Shown here: in pieces, positions 8,287-16,926 of the stretch
Layout of the letters: every line of letters begins with the position of its first letter
Numbering within the stretch: the first letter of the stretch is position 1
NCBI GenBank assembly: GCA_003650585.1
Contig: QMQS01000001.1
Span: 1-35,775, forward strand
DNA: 35,775 bases
Source: Candidatus Woesearchaeota archaeon
Lineage (GTDB): Archaea; Nanobdellota; Nanobdellia; Woesearchaeales; B29-G15
Direction of reading: 5' to 3'
Notes under the pieces: model-generated
What the model was told of the DNA's origin: nothing
Seen by the model: the letters and a program-made list of their open reading frames with translations, nothing else
The model's database searches: none
Translations under genes and position numbers: made by a program

Positions 8287-10117
8287 AGCTATGCTTGGAT
8301 TTGTTGCATTGATTTTGGTAATTGTCAGTGTTTCTATAGTGAGTGCTGAAGCACAAACTTACAATGTTTTGCTTACCCGTGATTCAGGAGAGGTTGTTTA
8401 CCTTGAGGAGGAAATTCAAGAGAACTTTGGTGAGCCAGGGCGGACTATGTACACTTATCGCGACCCTGACAATAGTATGCCTGTGTTCAGCATTGTTGTA
8501 GAGCCAGACGGCAGGGTCTTCTATCCAGGTACTAATGCATACTATGACTCATTTGATGGGGCGATGGCTGCTGCAAAATTACATTTAGAAAGCTACTCCC
8601 ATATTCAACAGATTGGATATTACTCGGCAGCAACTTCTGATATCGATTCAACCCTGCAGGAGGAGCAAACTCAAGCTCCACAAGGGGTGGTTAGTCAGGG
8701 GGAAAGTGCTACCACTACTAATGAGGGGGCTACGGTGGATAATCCAGTTGATGCTTCTGCTGCTTCACAAGCAGATGCTAGCACTACAGCAGGATTAGTG
8801 TGTACTGATGGTTTCTGTTACTTTACTTCACCCCACACGCCCTCTGACCTCAACCTCCCTCACTCCGGAGTAACACTCGATACCGGGTTTACCTTCTCAG
8901 GCGATTTCCAAACAAGGTTTCATTCTGTGCAGTCAATGGAAGAGATACCTGAGGGTGCAGAACGGATTAGCAACACCAATTATTATATTATCGAGAGGCC
9001 TGGTGGGATAGTGGATTATTATATACTCAGTACCGATGAAGAAACAGACCAGTTTGAGCCAGCCCCGGCAGAGGAAATAAACCAGAATGCTGATGTAGAG
9101 CAAACTGGTGCTGCCTCTAACTTGCCTGAAACGATTGAAGCCCAAGGGGTTACATTTATACACACCGAGGGCTCACTCTACAAATATACCACACCCAATG
9201 GTGAGAGCGTGTATTATGATACTGCTGCACAGAAATACTTTAAGCAAGATGGAGAGACACTCACAGAGATATCTGAAGAGAGTGCTATGGCACTAATCAA
9301 TGCCCCTACTACTGTACCACAACCTTTACCAGCCCCCGCTGATCCCTCTCAACCCAATCTTAAGAAGGTGCTTGTGGCATTGAGCCAGGAGTATGCCCCT
9401 GCTGCCTCAGGGTGGCTCTGGCTTTACTCATTGGCAGACCAAAAAGCCGCTCAGGATTTGAGGATGGCCTTCAGTGGTGATATAGGATTGCCCCAAACAG
9501 CAGCAGACTTTTTGTGCCAAGCCACACGGGACATAAACCCCAACCAAAACACAATGTTGGGTTATGATTGGGGTAAGATGCCTACACTCCAGTTACAGGC
9601 GATTAGGAGTACACCTATTGTATATCCCTCAAATAACACTAATGGCTCTGTTTCCACTCAGGGGCTTGTTGTTGAACCCAACCAAACCACTGAGGGAAAG
9701 GTGCTCTATTACACAAAAATCACGCTGAGGTTTGAGAATATACTTAACCCAATTGTGGATGTCAAGGACAAAACTTACGAGGTGTATCTCGCTGGTTATT
9801 CCGAGAGTAAGAAATTTGTGATAGACCTTGATCCCACATCCGAGGCTACCTCTCTAAAACTCAACTTCGGGAGTTTGACAATGGCTGGTAGGGATGCCAT
9901 AATCGAGTACTGGCCTGTGCGACTAGACAAGGTGTGCATAGAGTTCAAAGACCCAGAGCATATACTCAACCCCAAGTTCCTACAAAAGCTGCGCCCAGCC
10001 AACATGTTCTGTACCAAGGTTGTGGAGGTTAAGGATAAGTGGCTCGTGTATCAGCTGATGGGGGCAACAGGGAGTGCTGGTCCGAGTGAAGAGCAGGGCA
10101 ATGTGCTCCAAAGATGA
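8273..10117 (+). CDS. secreted protein C (about 614 aa): signal peptide, Tyr-rich short repeats, low-complexity linker, C-terminal domain homologous to an internal segment of B2
   Basis: ORF runs 8258-10117. I prefer the start at 8273 (MVTNKAMLGFVALILVIVSVSIVSA-EAQ) because it gives a classical n-region, hydrophobic region and AxA-like site; 8258 or 8291 remain possible. It overlaps the B1 stop. The C-terminal half shares MxFSxxIGxP..ATR..NP and PVRxDKVxxE[FW] with B2. Confidence 0.8.
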   Translation: MVTNKAMLGFVALILVIVSVSIVSAEAQTYNVLLTRDSGEVVYLEEEIQENFGEPGRTMYTYRDPDNSMPVFSIVVEPDGRVFYPGTNAYYDSFDGAMAAAKLHLESYSHIQQIGYYSAATSDIDSTLQEEQTQAPQGVVSQGESATTTNEGATVDNPVDASAASQADASTTAGLVCTDGFCYFTSPHTPSDLNLPHSGVTLDTGFTFSGDFQTRFHSVQSMEEIPEGAERISNTNYYIIERPGGIVDYYILSTDEETDQFEPAPAEEINQNADVEQTGAASNLPETIEAQGVTFIHTEGSLYKYTTPNGESVYYDTAAQKYFKQDGETLTEISEESAMALINAPTTVPQPLPAPADPSQPNLKKVLVALSQEYAPAASGWLWLYSLADQKAAQDLRMAFSGDIGLPQTAADFLCQATRDINPNQNTMLGYDWGKMPTLQLQAIRSTPIVYPSNNTNGSVSTQGLVVEPNQTTEGKVLYYTKITLRFENILNPIVDVKDKTYEVYLAGYSESKKFVIDLDPTSEATSLKLNFGSLTMAGRDAIIEYWPVRLDKVCIEFKDPEHILNPKFLQKLRPANMFCTKVVEVKDKWLVYQLMGATGSAGPSEEQGNVLQR

Positions 10118-10932
10118 GTTCCAGAGCGTTCCAAGCTCGTGCATCCAGGTTTCTCATGCTGTTTGCGGTTGAGTGGTTTACCTATGTTTTGATTCTTGGT
10201 GTGTTGAGTTGGTTGGGAAAATCAGCCAGTGTTGTTCTAAATAACATTGCTGTAACCCTAAGGGCAAAAACCACTGAATCAGCGACATCACTTGTGCTTA
10301 GAGAGCTAGCATGGTATGCTATTGCTGGCTTTGTTGCAATGCTGGTTATCTGGGTTCTATCTAGGATAATGGTGTGGCTGATACTAACCAAAACAAGAGC
10401 CAGCTCAAAGGGGATAATCAGACTTTTTCTATTGGGATTGCCCTACACATGCTTTAACTGGCTTTTGCTTGCAGGGGTGTTGTATATTGGTTACAAGGTG
10501 CTGGCTTTAATCGTGTTCATTCAACCCCCTTGGCTCGGTTATATTCTCGCATACCTTGTTTTTCTGGTTTTTCTAGGACCCTTAATGTTTAATATCACTT
10601 GTCTCAATAATCTGGCATACTACAACTATTTTCAGGGCAACCCCAATTGGTTGTTGTTCTACACTGCTCCCTTCCGCTTACGCCCCTTCTTCTCAAAACA
10701 GAAAAATTCAAATACTAAAACTGAATTTTTAAACAAATTGAAGCAGTGGGAGTTTGCCACGCTTGTGGTTTCGACCATCTTTGTGGCACTCAATCTCCTG
10801 TTTCAAGCGTTCAATCACCTTCCCACCACTCTTGGGCTAATGCTCATGCTTTTGTTTTATGTTTTGTTTGTGGTCTGGAGTAAGGTGTACATGGTTTCGG
10901 TGTTGAAAGGATGGCAAAAAGGGGTGCACTAG
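10114..10932 (+). CDS. polytopic membrane protein D (272 aa, about 6 predicted TM helices), unknown family
   Basis: ATGA start/stop overlap with the preceding ORF (10114-10117). The sequence consists of long hydrophobic stretches separated by short basic loops. No recognisable transporter or enzyme motif. Confidence 0.8.
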   Translation: MSSRAFQARASRFLMLFAVEWFTYVLILGVLSWLGKSASVVLNNIAVTLRAKTTESATSLVLRELAWYAIAGFVAMLVIWVLSRIMVWLILTKTRASSKGIIRLFLLGLPYTCFNWLLLAGVLYIGYKVLALIVFIQPPWLGYILAYLVFLVFLGPLMFNITCLNNLAYYNYFQGNPNWLLFYTAPFRLRPFFSKQKNSNTKTEFLNKLKQWEFATLVVSTIFVALNLLFQAFNHLPTTLGLMLMLLFYVLFVVWSKVYMVSVLKGWQKGVH

Positions 10933-12800
10933 CTCAAGTGAGCATTTTTATGGTGATTGCACTAATCATACTAATTGGTATTGGTGTGCTCATCTTTTTG
11001 AAGACTCGTGGTATGCTTGAAATGGGTGGTTCTGAGATACCTAAGGAATTCTTGCCAGTGAGCAAATATGTGGATTCGTGCCTGAGGAGAGTGGGCTTGG
11101 ATGCAATCAAGTTGGTGGGTGTCCAGGGTGGTTATGCAAGGGTACCGGAGGAGATAGCCAACAACCCTGAGGCATACCTGCCTTTGATAGGCAACTTGAA
11201 GATTCCCTTTTGGTATTATAACAACAAGAACCATGTGCCAAGCAAGAGGGATATTGAGCAGAGTATTGCTGAGTATATTGCCACGGAAATTCCAAATTGC
11301 TTGGGCGGGTTCGCGCCCCTGAACCACACATTTATTATAAAGCCCAGTGGTTCACCGAGAGTGAATGTATTTATTAAGGAGGAAGAGGTTGAACTTTCTT
11401 TGGATTATCCCTTGGAAGTTGCTACCCATAGCTCATCAGCAGAGATTAGGAAATTCAAACAGAGCGTGGATGTTAGACTGGGTAGGATACTTAGGCTTGC
11501 CCACGAGATAATGAATGCAGAGAACAGAGAGGCATGGTTAGAGAAGAGAACAATCGACCTTATGGCGACCATGCCTGACCGCGTAATACCCTTCACAAAC
11601 CTTGCCTTCAGTTGCTTGCCACTTGAATGGAAAACATCTGATGTAGAATCAGAACTCAAACAAACTCTGAAATACAATATACCCAGAGTGCGAGTGAAGA
11701 AAACCAAACACCTACCGTTTGAAAAGCCACTCGAATACTACGAGGGCTTAGGCAAAGGGATGGGTGGTGAGATACCAGGTGACATGGCAGAGTATGCAAT
11801 GCTACTATGGGACCCACTGAGTGAGGAGTTCAATGACTTGAGGGTGGGTTTTGTGTATATGCCAGAATGGGGTATGGAGTTTAAGGTTAGCCCATCCTCT
11901 TCAGGGTTGATGAAATCATACCCTGTACAGGGTAGGAGTTTTAAGGGAATAAATCTTGTGGGAACCTGCATACAGTTCTACCATTTTACTTATGACTTAA
12001 CTTATCCAGTGCGAGTTACTATCTTTGATTCGGCTTCTCTTGGAAACAATGGCTATTCCTTTAACTTTGCTTTCCCTGTCATAGTGTATCACAATACTGG
12101 TAAGAGATGGTTTGAGCCGGTGCGAGATGTAAGCTTATACGAGGGTGAGGACTTCTGTTCTGACACCTCTAGTGACAAATTCAGTGTGTTTGTGCAAGAC
12201 GCAACCACATACGAGAAGCTCAAGAATGTGAGCATAGCATTCACCTGCATACGCTATGTGTGTCCTTTGGGTAAAACTGACGAGGAATATGGCAGACTGC
12301 TCACACAGTTACCAGAGGGTTGCTATGGTGGGTTCATTGTGGCAGAGAAGAAGGGCTATCTAAAGGCAAAAAAACAGGTTGAAGGTGAGCAAACAACCAC
12401 TATATACATGCTACCAATGAAAGAAATGAATGTGAGTGTGCTCAAGTACAACAATGCTACGGGTAGCTATTCAGAGCTATCTGGTGAGGAGAAGGCATCC
12501 CTCTACCTTGACCTTGAGTCAGGAGACCATCAGGCATATGTGCTGGTAACACCAGGTACGCAAAGGGAGGTAAGCATAGTTAACTCAAATGTGGAGTATA
12601 TGGTTAACCTCTACCTCTTTGATGGAGAGGCTTTGGTGGGTGGATACAAAGGGGAGTGGGCTATAGAGCCAGCCCAACTCTCAGGCAAATCTATATTGGA
12701 GTTTTATGCGTATTATTTCCCAAACAAGAATCAGAGTGGTGTAATAGCTGCAATAAGCAAATTGCAGAACTCAACCACACTTACACCGAGGGCAAGATGA
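10911..12800 (+). CDS. large exported protein A2 (629 aa) with prepilin-like class III signal peptide, paralog of A1
   Basis: N-terminus MAKRG-ALAQVSIFMVIALIILIGIGVLIFL. It overlaps the D stop by 22 nt. Motifs are collinear with A1 (SKYVDSCLRRVGLDAIKLVGVQGGY, YPLEV, YHFTYDLTYPVRVT, CPLGKTDEEYGRLLTQLP). Confidence 0.85.
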   Translation: MAKRGALAQVSIFMVIALIILIGIGVLIFLKTRGMLEMGGSEIPKEFLPVSKYVDSCLRRVGLDAIKLVGVQGGYARVPEEIANNPEAYLPLIGNLKIPFWYYNNKNHVPSKRDIEQSIAEYIATEIPNCLGGFAPLNHTFIIKPSGSPRVNVFIKEEEVELSLDYPLEVATHSSSAEIRKFKQSVDVRLGRILRLAHEIMNAENREAWLEKRTIDLMATMPDRVIPFTNLAFSCLPLEWKTSDVESELKQTLKYNIPRVRVKKTKHLPFEKPLEYYEGLGKGMGGEIPGDMAEYAMLLWDPLSEEFNDLRVGFVYMPEWGMEFKVSPSSSGLMKSYPVQGRSFKGINLVGTCIQFYHFTYDLTYPVRVTIFDSASLGNNGYSFNFAFPVIVYHNTGKRWFEPVRDVSLYEGEDFCSDTSSDKFSVFVQDATTYEKLKNVSIAFTCIRYVCPLGKTDEEYGRLLTQLPEGCYGGFIVAEKKGYLKAKKQVEGEQTTTIYMLPMKEMNVSVLKYNNATGSYSELSGEEKASLYLDLESGDHQAYVLVTPGTQREVSIVNSNVEYMVNLYLFDGEALVGGYKGEWAIEPAQLSGKSILEFYAYYFPNKNQSGVIAAISKLQNSTTLTPRAR

Positions 12801-15800
12801 TAAGAGCAAAACTCTTCATTGGCATACTACTAATCTTTGTGGTTATGGGCATAGTTGGTGCTACTGCACCACAGATAAGTGATGTGAGGGCAGAGCCACA
12901 CGTATCTTATGTGGGTATTCACTGGAGGACAGATGTGCCTGCAAACAGCAAAGTGGAGTATGGCATAGCAGGGCTTGATTTGAGCAAGTTCAAGCCGGAG
13001 TTTACAACTGTACACAACCTTTACTTAACCAATATCCAATCCAACAAGGAGTATCAGTTTAAGGTGACTTCGTGTAATAATGATGGGTGTACAAGTTCGG
13101 ATGTGGGGAGTTTTAGCATAGCAGTGGCAGACACCACACCACCTGCTTTAACACTTGAACCAGTTGAGGCAGTGGTTTACACCAGCCAAATCGAGCTTAG
13201 GGGTAGTGTTGATGAGCCGTGCAATATATACGCTATTGTTAATGGTAATAAAACCCAGAACATAACCTCTAGCGGGGATTTTACATTAACACTTGAGCTC
13301 AATCAGGGTGAGAATGAGGTTGTGGTGGTTGCTGAGGACCAGAGCGGTAACCCAGCCCAAAAGAGCTTTTCTGTGGTTGCTGATTTCGAACCCACAGAGG
13401 TTTTGGAAATAAACCTGGACGAGCTGGATATGAGCACCAGTGCCAAACAGACATTGGTGGGTATTGTTAGCAAACCAGATGTGGAGATTACAGTGGATGT
13501 TGAGGGGCGCGAGTTTACCACTGTTGCAGACAGTGAGGGGCATTTCAGTGTGGAGATAGAGTTGAATGGCGAGGTTATTGGCACTGGCAGATTGAACCAT
13601 ATCGTGGTTACTGCCAAGGATAAATACGGTAGGGTTGACATGCTGGTTGACGGCTCAATCACCTTTATCAAGTGCGGTAGTGGTTCTGGTTGGACAGCCA
13701 ATTTCTATGACTTAACCCCTACAGAGGTGTTGCCAGACCATCTACTGAACGGAGTTGCCCAATTCGGGTTCAGGATGGACTTTGATTATGTGGGTGGTGG
13801 TAGGAATGCTTACATGGAAATGCTGCCATCATTAACCATACAACCCATGAGTCAAGCGAAGGCAAAGCGTTCAGATGAGGAACTCTTCTCTGGGGCTGTT
13901 GTGGAGTGTAATGAGGCAAGAGACAAGTGTTACTTCCTTGTCACTCTGGCGCCTTGGAGCGGTTCAAGGCAGGAATTATTGAATAAGAGCATGGTGAGGT
14001 TGCCCCTGATGGTTAGGTTGCAGTATGCCCATGAGGTTAATGGGCAGATGGAGCACAGGGTGCAGGAAGAATGCTTGGACATAAACTTGTACCTTGACCG
14101 CCGGCTTATAGATGTTTACAAACCCAACAGGATGCTTAACAGCACTATATCCTTCCTCAATTCAACACTAAGCGCTCTTGAAAGCGTTAGAAAGCCGATT
14201 GAGACTGCGAAATCATTTGTAATTACTGGGTGCTTTGCCCAAACAGTCATTGATTTTGTAACAAGACTAGGCATGCTCACCAAGTGTATGAGTGGCAGGG
14301 CTGAGGCAGAGGAGGCATACACCAGAGGCGATAAAACCTGTCCAGATGATGCGAGTGAGGGTTGCCAGTCATGCTTGGATGCGCTCTGGAGTGTGAGAGC
14401 AAGCGAAGTTGCAAGGAACTGGTTGTGCGATAGACTCTTTTGTCCCAGTGCTCCTACGATTGAGAAGCACAAGCAAACCTTTAGGGACCCAGTAACAAAG
14501 AGGGAGAGCCTCTGCAAGCAGAGCGAGAGCAGCGAGGGGTGTGAACAGGAGTATAAATTCGCTTGGGACACAGCAGGGTTGTTTGTTGATGAATGGGCCA
14601 GGGCAACCAAAGATACCTCAAAGCTAACAGATTTGGATTGGATAATAATGCAGAGCAACCAGTTCTGCCCAGCAATAAAGGGCTTCCCTGCTCAGATTAT
14701 TAAGGTTGGAACCAAGGAATACTTTATTGATGAGGACAAGAGGGTGTGGGAGGTTAGGCAAACCAGGTTTGCCCAGAGCCAGGGTGAGGTAGTTACTGTG
14801 TACAATGAACAATACACCAAGATTAGGGGACCTCTGGAACCTGGTAAGGATATTATCCCACAGCAAATTCTTGAGCTTATTCAGGGAGAGCAAGAGGAGA
14901 ACTATGTGTTTGACCCCACAGCAGGACCGTACGAGGCACTGGTGGGTGGTTGCCTGCCTGCAATAACAGGCTATATATCCCACTGGGAGTCAATCACAGA
15001 GGCAGTTAAGAGGTGCCTCGAGATGGTTAGGCTCAATGGTGAGGGCACTCCAGGGGTATGTAAGGCAGTGCTGAGCTATTATGTTTGTGATGCCATATGG
15101 GACTCACTGAGGTGTCTCGGTGGAGGCTTGACCGCTGGCACTGAAACTGATAGACCACAATCAGGTATGATTCAGTCCCTTTCAAGGATATCACAGGCAG
15201 CGAGTGCAGTGACTGACTCAGTTACAGGAAGATACGGCGAGACAGCAATGTTTGATACAATGTTCAGACAGCGGAAGTTAATACACGGGGCTTGCATTGG
15301 CTTCTTTACAGGTGATATGACCGAGTTTGATCTTAATGCGATGTTCAGTGCTGAAATTGGCATGCCAGCTTTGAGAAGCGAGGGGCTTGTTAGCCCAGCC
15401 ACAAGGCGTTACCTCACCAGCAACCCGTTTAACCAGGGTTGGGCTACCTTTATGTATCATATTGGTTATGCGCTAAATGCAGGGAGTGATTTGAATTATG
15501 AGTTAAAGCTGGTGTGCTCAAACGACCTCAGTTGTCCAGACTCCAACAACGAAGCCAACCCTGGTGCTTGCGATTGTTACACAAGGGGAGAGCAACTCAC
15601 ACGCACAATCGCATCTGGCACGCTCTCAGCAGGGGATATGGCGAATGAGGAGAAGTATATCAAACTAACTGAGCCAGTTAGGTATGACAAGGTGGTGCTG
15701 GAGTGGACCTACACGGACAACACAGGTGAGCAGCGCACAGACCGGATAGTAAGGCCAATAAAGCTTGTGGGTGAGTCACCACCCTCACACTGTGGATTCT

Positions 15801-16876
15801 CAAATGTGTTTGGCGAATACAGGTGTGAGTTTGAGTTGGGAGAGGAGGGAGCTGCTTTCTTCATTGGCACGCCCATGCCATCCCCACCTGCAGGTAGGCC
15901 ACGCCCGGATGTTTTCAGGGTGGGTGACAAGCTCGTTATCACTGGGCAAATAGGTGTGCAAATGCCAGAACAGGGTAGCCCTGTGCCCAGGTTCCTAACT
16001 GTTTTGATGACATCACACAATGGTGAGTTAGTGGCAGACAATACTGTAATGCTTAGCACAACCGGGAGCTACTTGTTGGAGTCCTTCCCGCAACTTTTCC
16101 CCACCATAACTCAAGACAATTTCAGGGACTCGGCTGGTAACCTTGATTGTGATAGGTATGACCTCAATCATCCAGCAACTTGGGATGTTTATGTTGTGAT
16201 ATACAAAGCTGAGCAGAGCGAGAGTGGTGAATGGAAGAGGACAGACGAGGTTGAGTTGTACGAGGGCCAGCCCCAGTACTTCCGACTACCGGTTTATGTG
16301 GCTTGCTCTGAAGAAGAGATTGGTGCACCACAGTGCCCCAACGGAGCCATCTGGGCCTCGCCACAAGAGTGTTGGTGCATGAGCGAGGGTGAAAGGCGAA
16401 TATTTAGCCCCAGTTCCGCTGAAGCCCAGGGCAAGTACTGCTGTAATGGTGTGGTTGCCACTGCGCCATGCGACGAGGCAGCACCAAAGTTCAACAGGGT
16501 GATGATTAGAACATGGGAAGCCCCAGAGAACGAGCCAGGGATATTGAGCAAGTCTGTTGAGCTTAGCCAGCTGCAGGATGGTGCTGTGTTGCTAATGCCT
16601 TACAATAAAGTGGAGTTCCCAGAGATATCTATATCAGACGATAGTGAGATTGAGCTCGAGCTTGTGGTTGATGGAAGCACGAGGGTGGGTGTTGGCTCAG
16701 GAGAGCCACAGCAGATAACCAGCTTTGAGTGGGAGCCAGAGATGGGTGGTGATTCCATAAAAGAGGTTACAATTCAGTTTGAGGCAAGGGATGTAAACGG
16801 CTTGGTTACTAGGTACCCACAGACGCCAAAGAGGGTTGAGCTTAGAAAGACACTTCTGCAGCCTATATCCTCTTAG
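12797..16876 (+). CDS. very large secreted protein B2 (1359 aa): signal peptide, Fn3-like and Ig-like domains, Cys-rich core shared with B1, C-like domain, extra C-terminal region
   Basis: I place the start at ATG 12797, which forms an ATGA overlap with the A2 stop and gives the signal peptide MIRAKLFIGILLIFVVMGIVGA-TA. VGIHWRTDVPANSKVEYG..YQFKV resembles an Fn3 or purple-acid-phosphatase N-terminal type domain. DTTPPALTL and GNPAQKSFSVV resemble Ig-like domain edges. The Cys spacing CLP.I-x16-C-x13/14-C-x8-C is shared with B1. Confidence 0.85.
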   Translation: MIRAKLFIGILLIFVVMGIVGATAPQISDVRAEPHVSYVGIHWRTDVPANSKVEYGIAGLDLSKFKPEFTTVHNLYLTNIQSNKEYQFKVTSCNNDGCTSSDVGSFSIAVADTTPPALTLEPVEAVVYTSQIELRGSVDEPCNIYAIVNGNKTQNITSSGDFTLTLELNQGENEVVVVAEDQSGNPAQKSFSVVADFEPTEVLEINLDELDMSTSAKQTLVGIVSKPDVEITVDVEGREFTTVADSEGHFSVEIELNGEVIGTGRLNHIVVTAKDKYGRVDMLVDGSITFIKCGSGSGWTANFYDLTPTEVLPDHLLNGVAQFGFRMDFDYVGGGRNAYMEMLPSLTIQPMSQAKAKRSDEELFSGAVVECNEARDKCYFLVTLAPWSGSRQELLNKSMVRLPLMVRLQYAHEVNGQMEHRVQEECLDINLYLDRRLIDVYKPNRMLNSTISFLNSTLSALESVRKPIETAKSFVITGCFAQTVIDFVTRLGMLTKCMSGRAEAEEAYTRGDKTCPDDASEGCQSCLDALWSVRASEVARNWLCDRLFCPSAPTIEKHKQTFRDPVTKRESLCKQSESSEGCEQEYKFAWDTAGLFVDEWARATKDTSKLTDLDWIIMQSNQFCPAIKGFPAQIIKVGTKEYFIDEDKRVWEVRQTRFAQSQGEVVTVYNEQYTKIRGPLEPGKDIIPQQILELIQGEQEENYVFDPTAGPYEALVGGCLPAITGYISHWESITEAVKRCLEMVRLNGEGTPGVCKAVLSYYVCDAIWDSLRCLGGGLTAGTETDRPQSGMIQSLSRISQAASAVTDSVTGRYGETAMFDTMFRQRKLIHGACIGFFTGDMTEFDLNAMFSAEIGMPALRSEGLVSPATRRYLTSNPFNQGWATFMYHIGYALNAGSDLNYELKLVCSNDLSCPDSNNEANPGACDCYTRGEQLTRTIASGTLSAGDMANEEKYIKLTEPVRYDKVVLEWTYTDNTGEQRTDRIVRPIKLVGESPPSHCGFSNVFGEYRCEFELGEEGAAFFIGTPMPSPPAGRPRPDVFRVGDKLVITGQIGVQMPEQGSPVPRFLTVLMTSHNGELVADNTVMLSTTGSYLLESFPQLFPTITQDNFRDSAGNLDCDRYDLNHPATWDVYVVIYKAEQSESGEWKRTDEVELYEGQPQYFRLPVYVACSEEEIGAPQCPNGAIWASPQECWCMSEGERRIFSPSSAEAQGKYCCNGVVATAPCDEAAPKFNRVMIRTWEAPENEPGILSKSVELSQLQDGAVLLMPYNKVEFPEISISDDSEIELELVVDGSTRVGVGSGEPQQITSFEWEPEMGGDSIKEVTIQFEARDVNGLVTRYPQTPKRVELRKTLLQPISS

Positions 16877-16891
16877 ATACTTTATCACAAT

Positions 16892-16904
16892 AAAACTTTT
16901 TAAG
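16892..16904 (+). promoter_or_regulatory. BRE/TATA-like element AAAACTTTTTAAG
   Basis: Ends 22 nt upstream of the ATG at 16927. Near-identical elements occur at the same distance from two other start codons: AAAACTTTTTAAAA on the minus strand at 18880-18893 and AAAACTTTTATAA on the minus strand at 23210-23222. The TTTTT run could also serve as an oligo-T terminator for the upstream operon. Confidence 0.5.
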
Positions 16905-16926
16905 CCCTAGTTACATTAATCTGGAC

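Noticed and set aside
8258-8290. Possibility that B1 and C are one gene broken by a frameshift (pseudogene)
   Set aside because: C has its own signal peptide and about 340 aa of N-terminal sequence with no counterpart in B2. B1 ends with an in-frame stop after a complete conserved core. This fits an organised split-gene arrangement better than a recent frameshift, though only resequencing or homologs can exclude an error.
12656-12796. 47-codon N-terminal extension of B2 as given in the ORF track (MGYRASPTLRQ...)
   Set aside because: It would overlap A2 by 145 nt and bury the signal peptide. ATG 12797 gives an ATGA stop/start junction and a canonical N-terminal signal peptide.
2992-16876. Interpretation of the large-protein operon as a prophage, viral structural module or mobile island
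   Set aside because: I see no integrase, transposase, terminase, portal or capsid-like motifs, flanking direct repeats or tRNA. The promoter and junction style is the same as in the flanking housekeeping genes. It cannot be fully excluded without composition statistics and homology searches.
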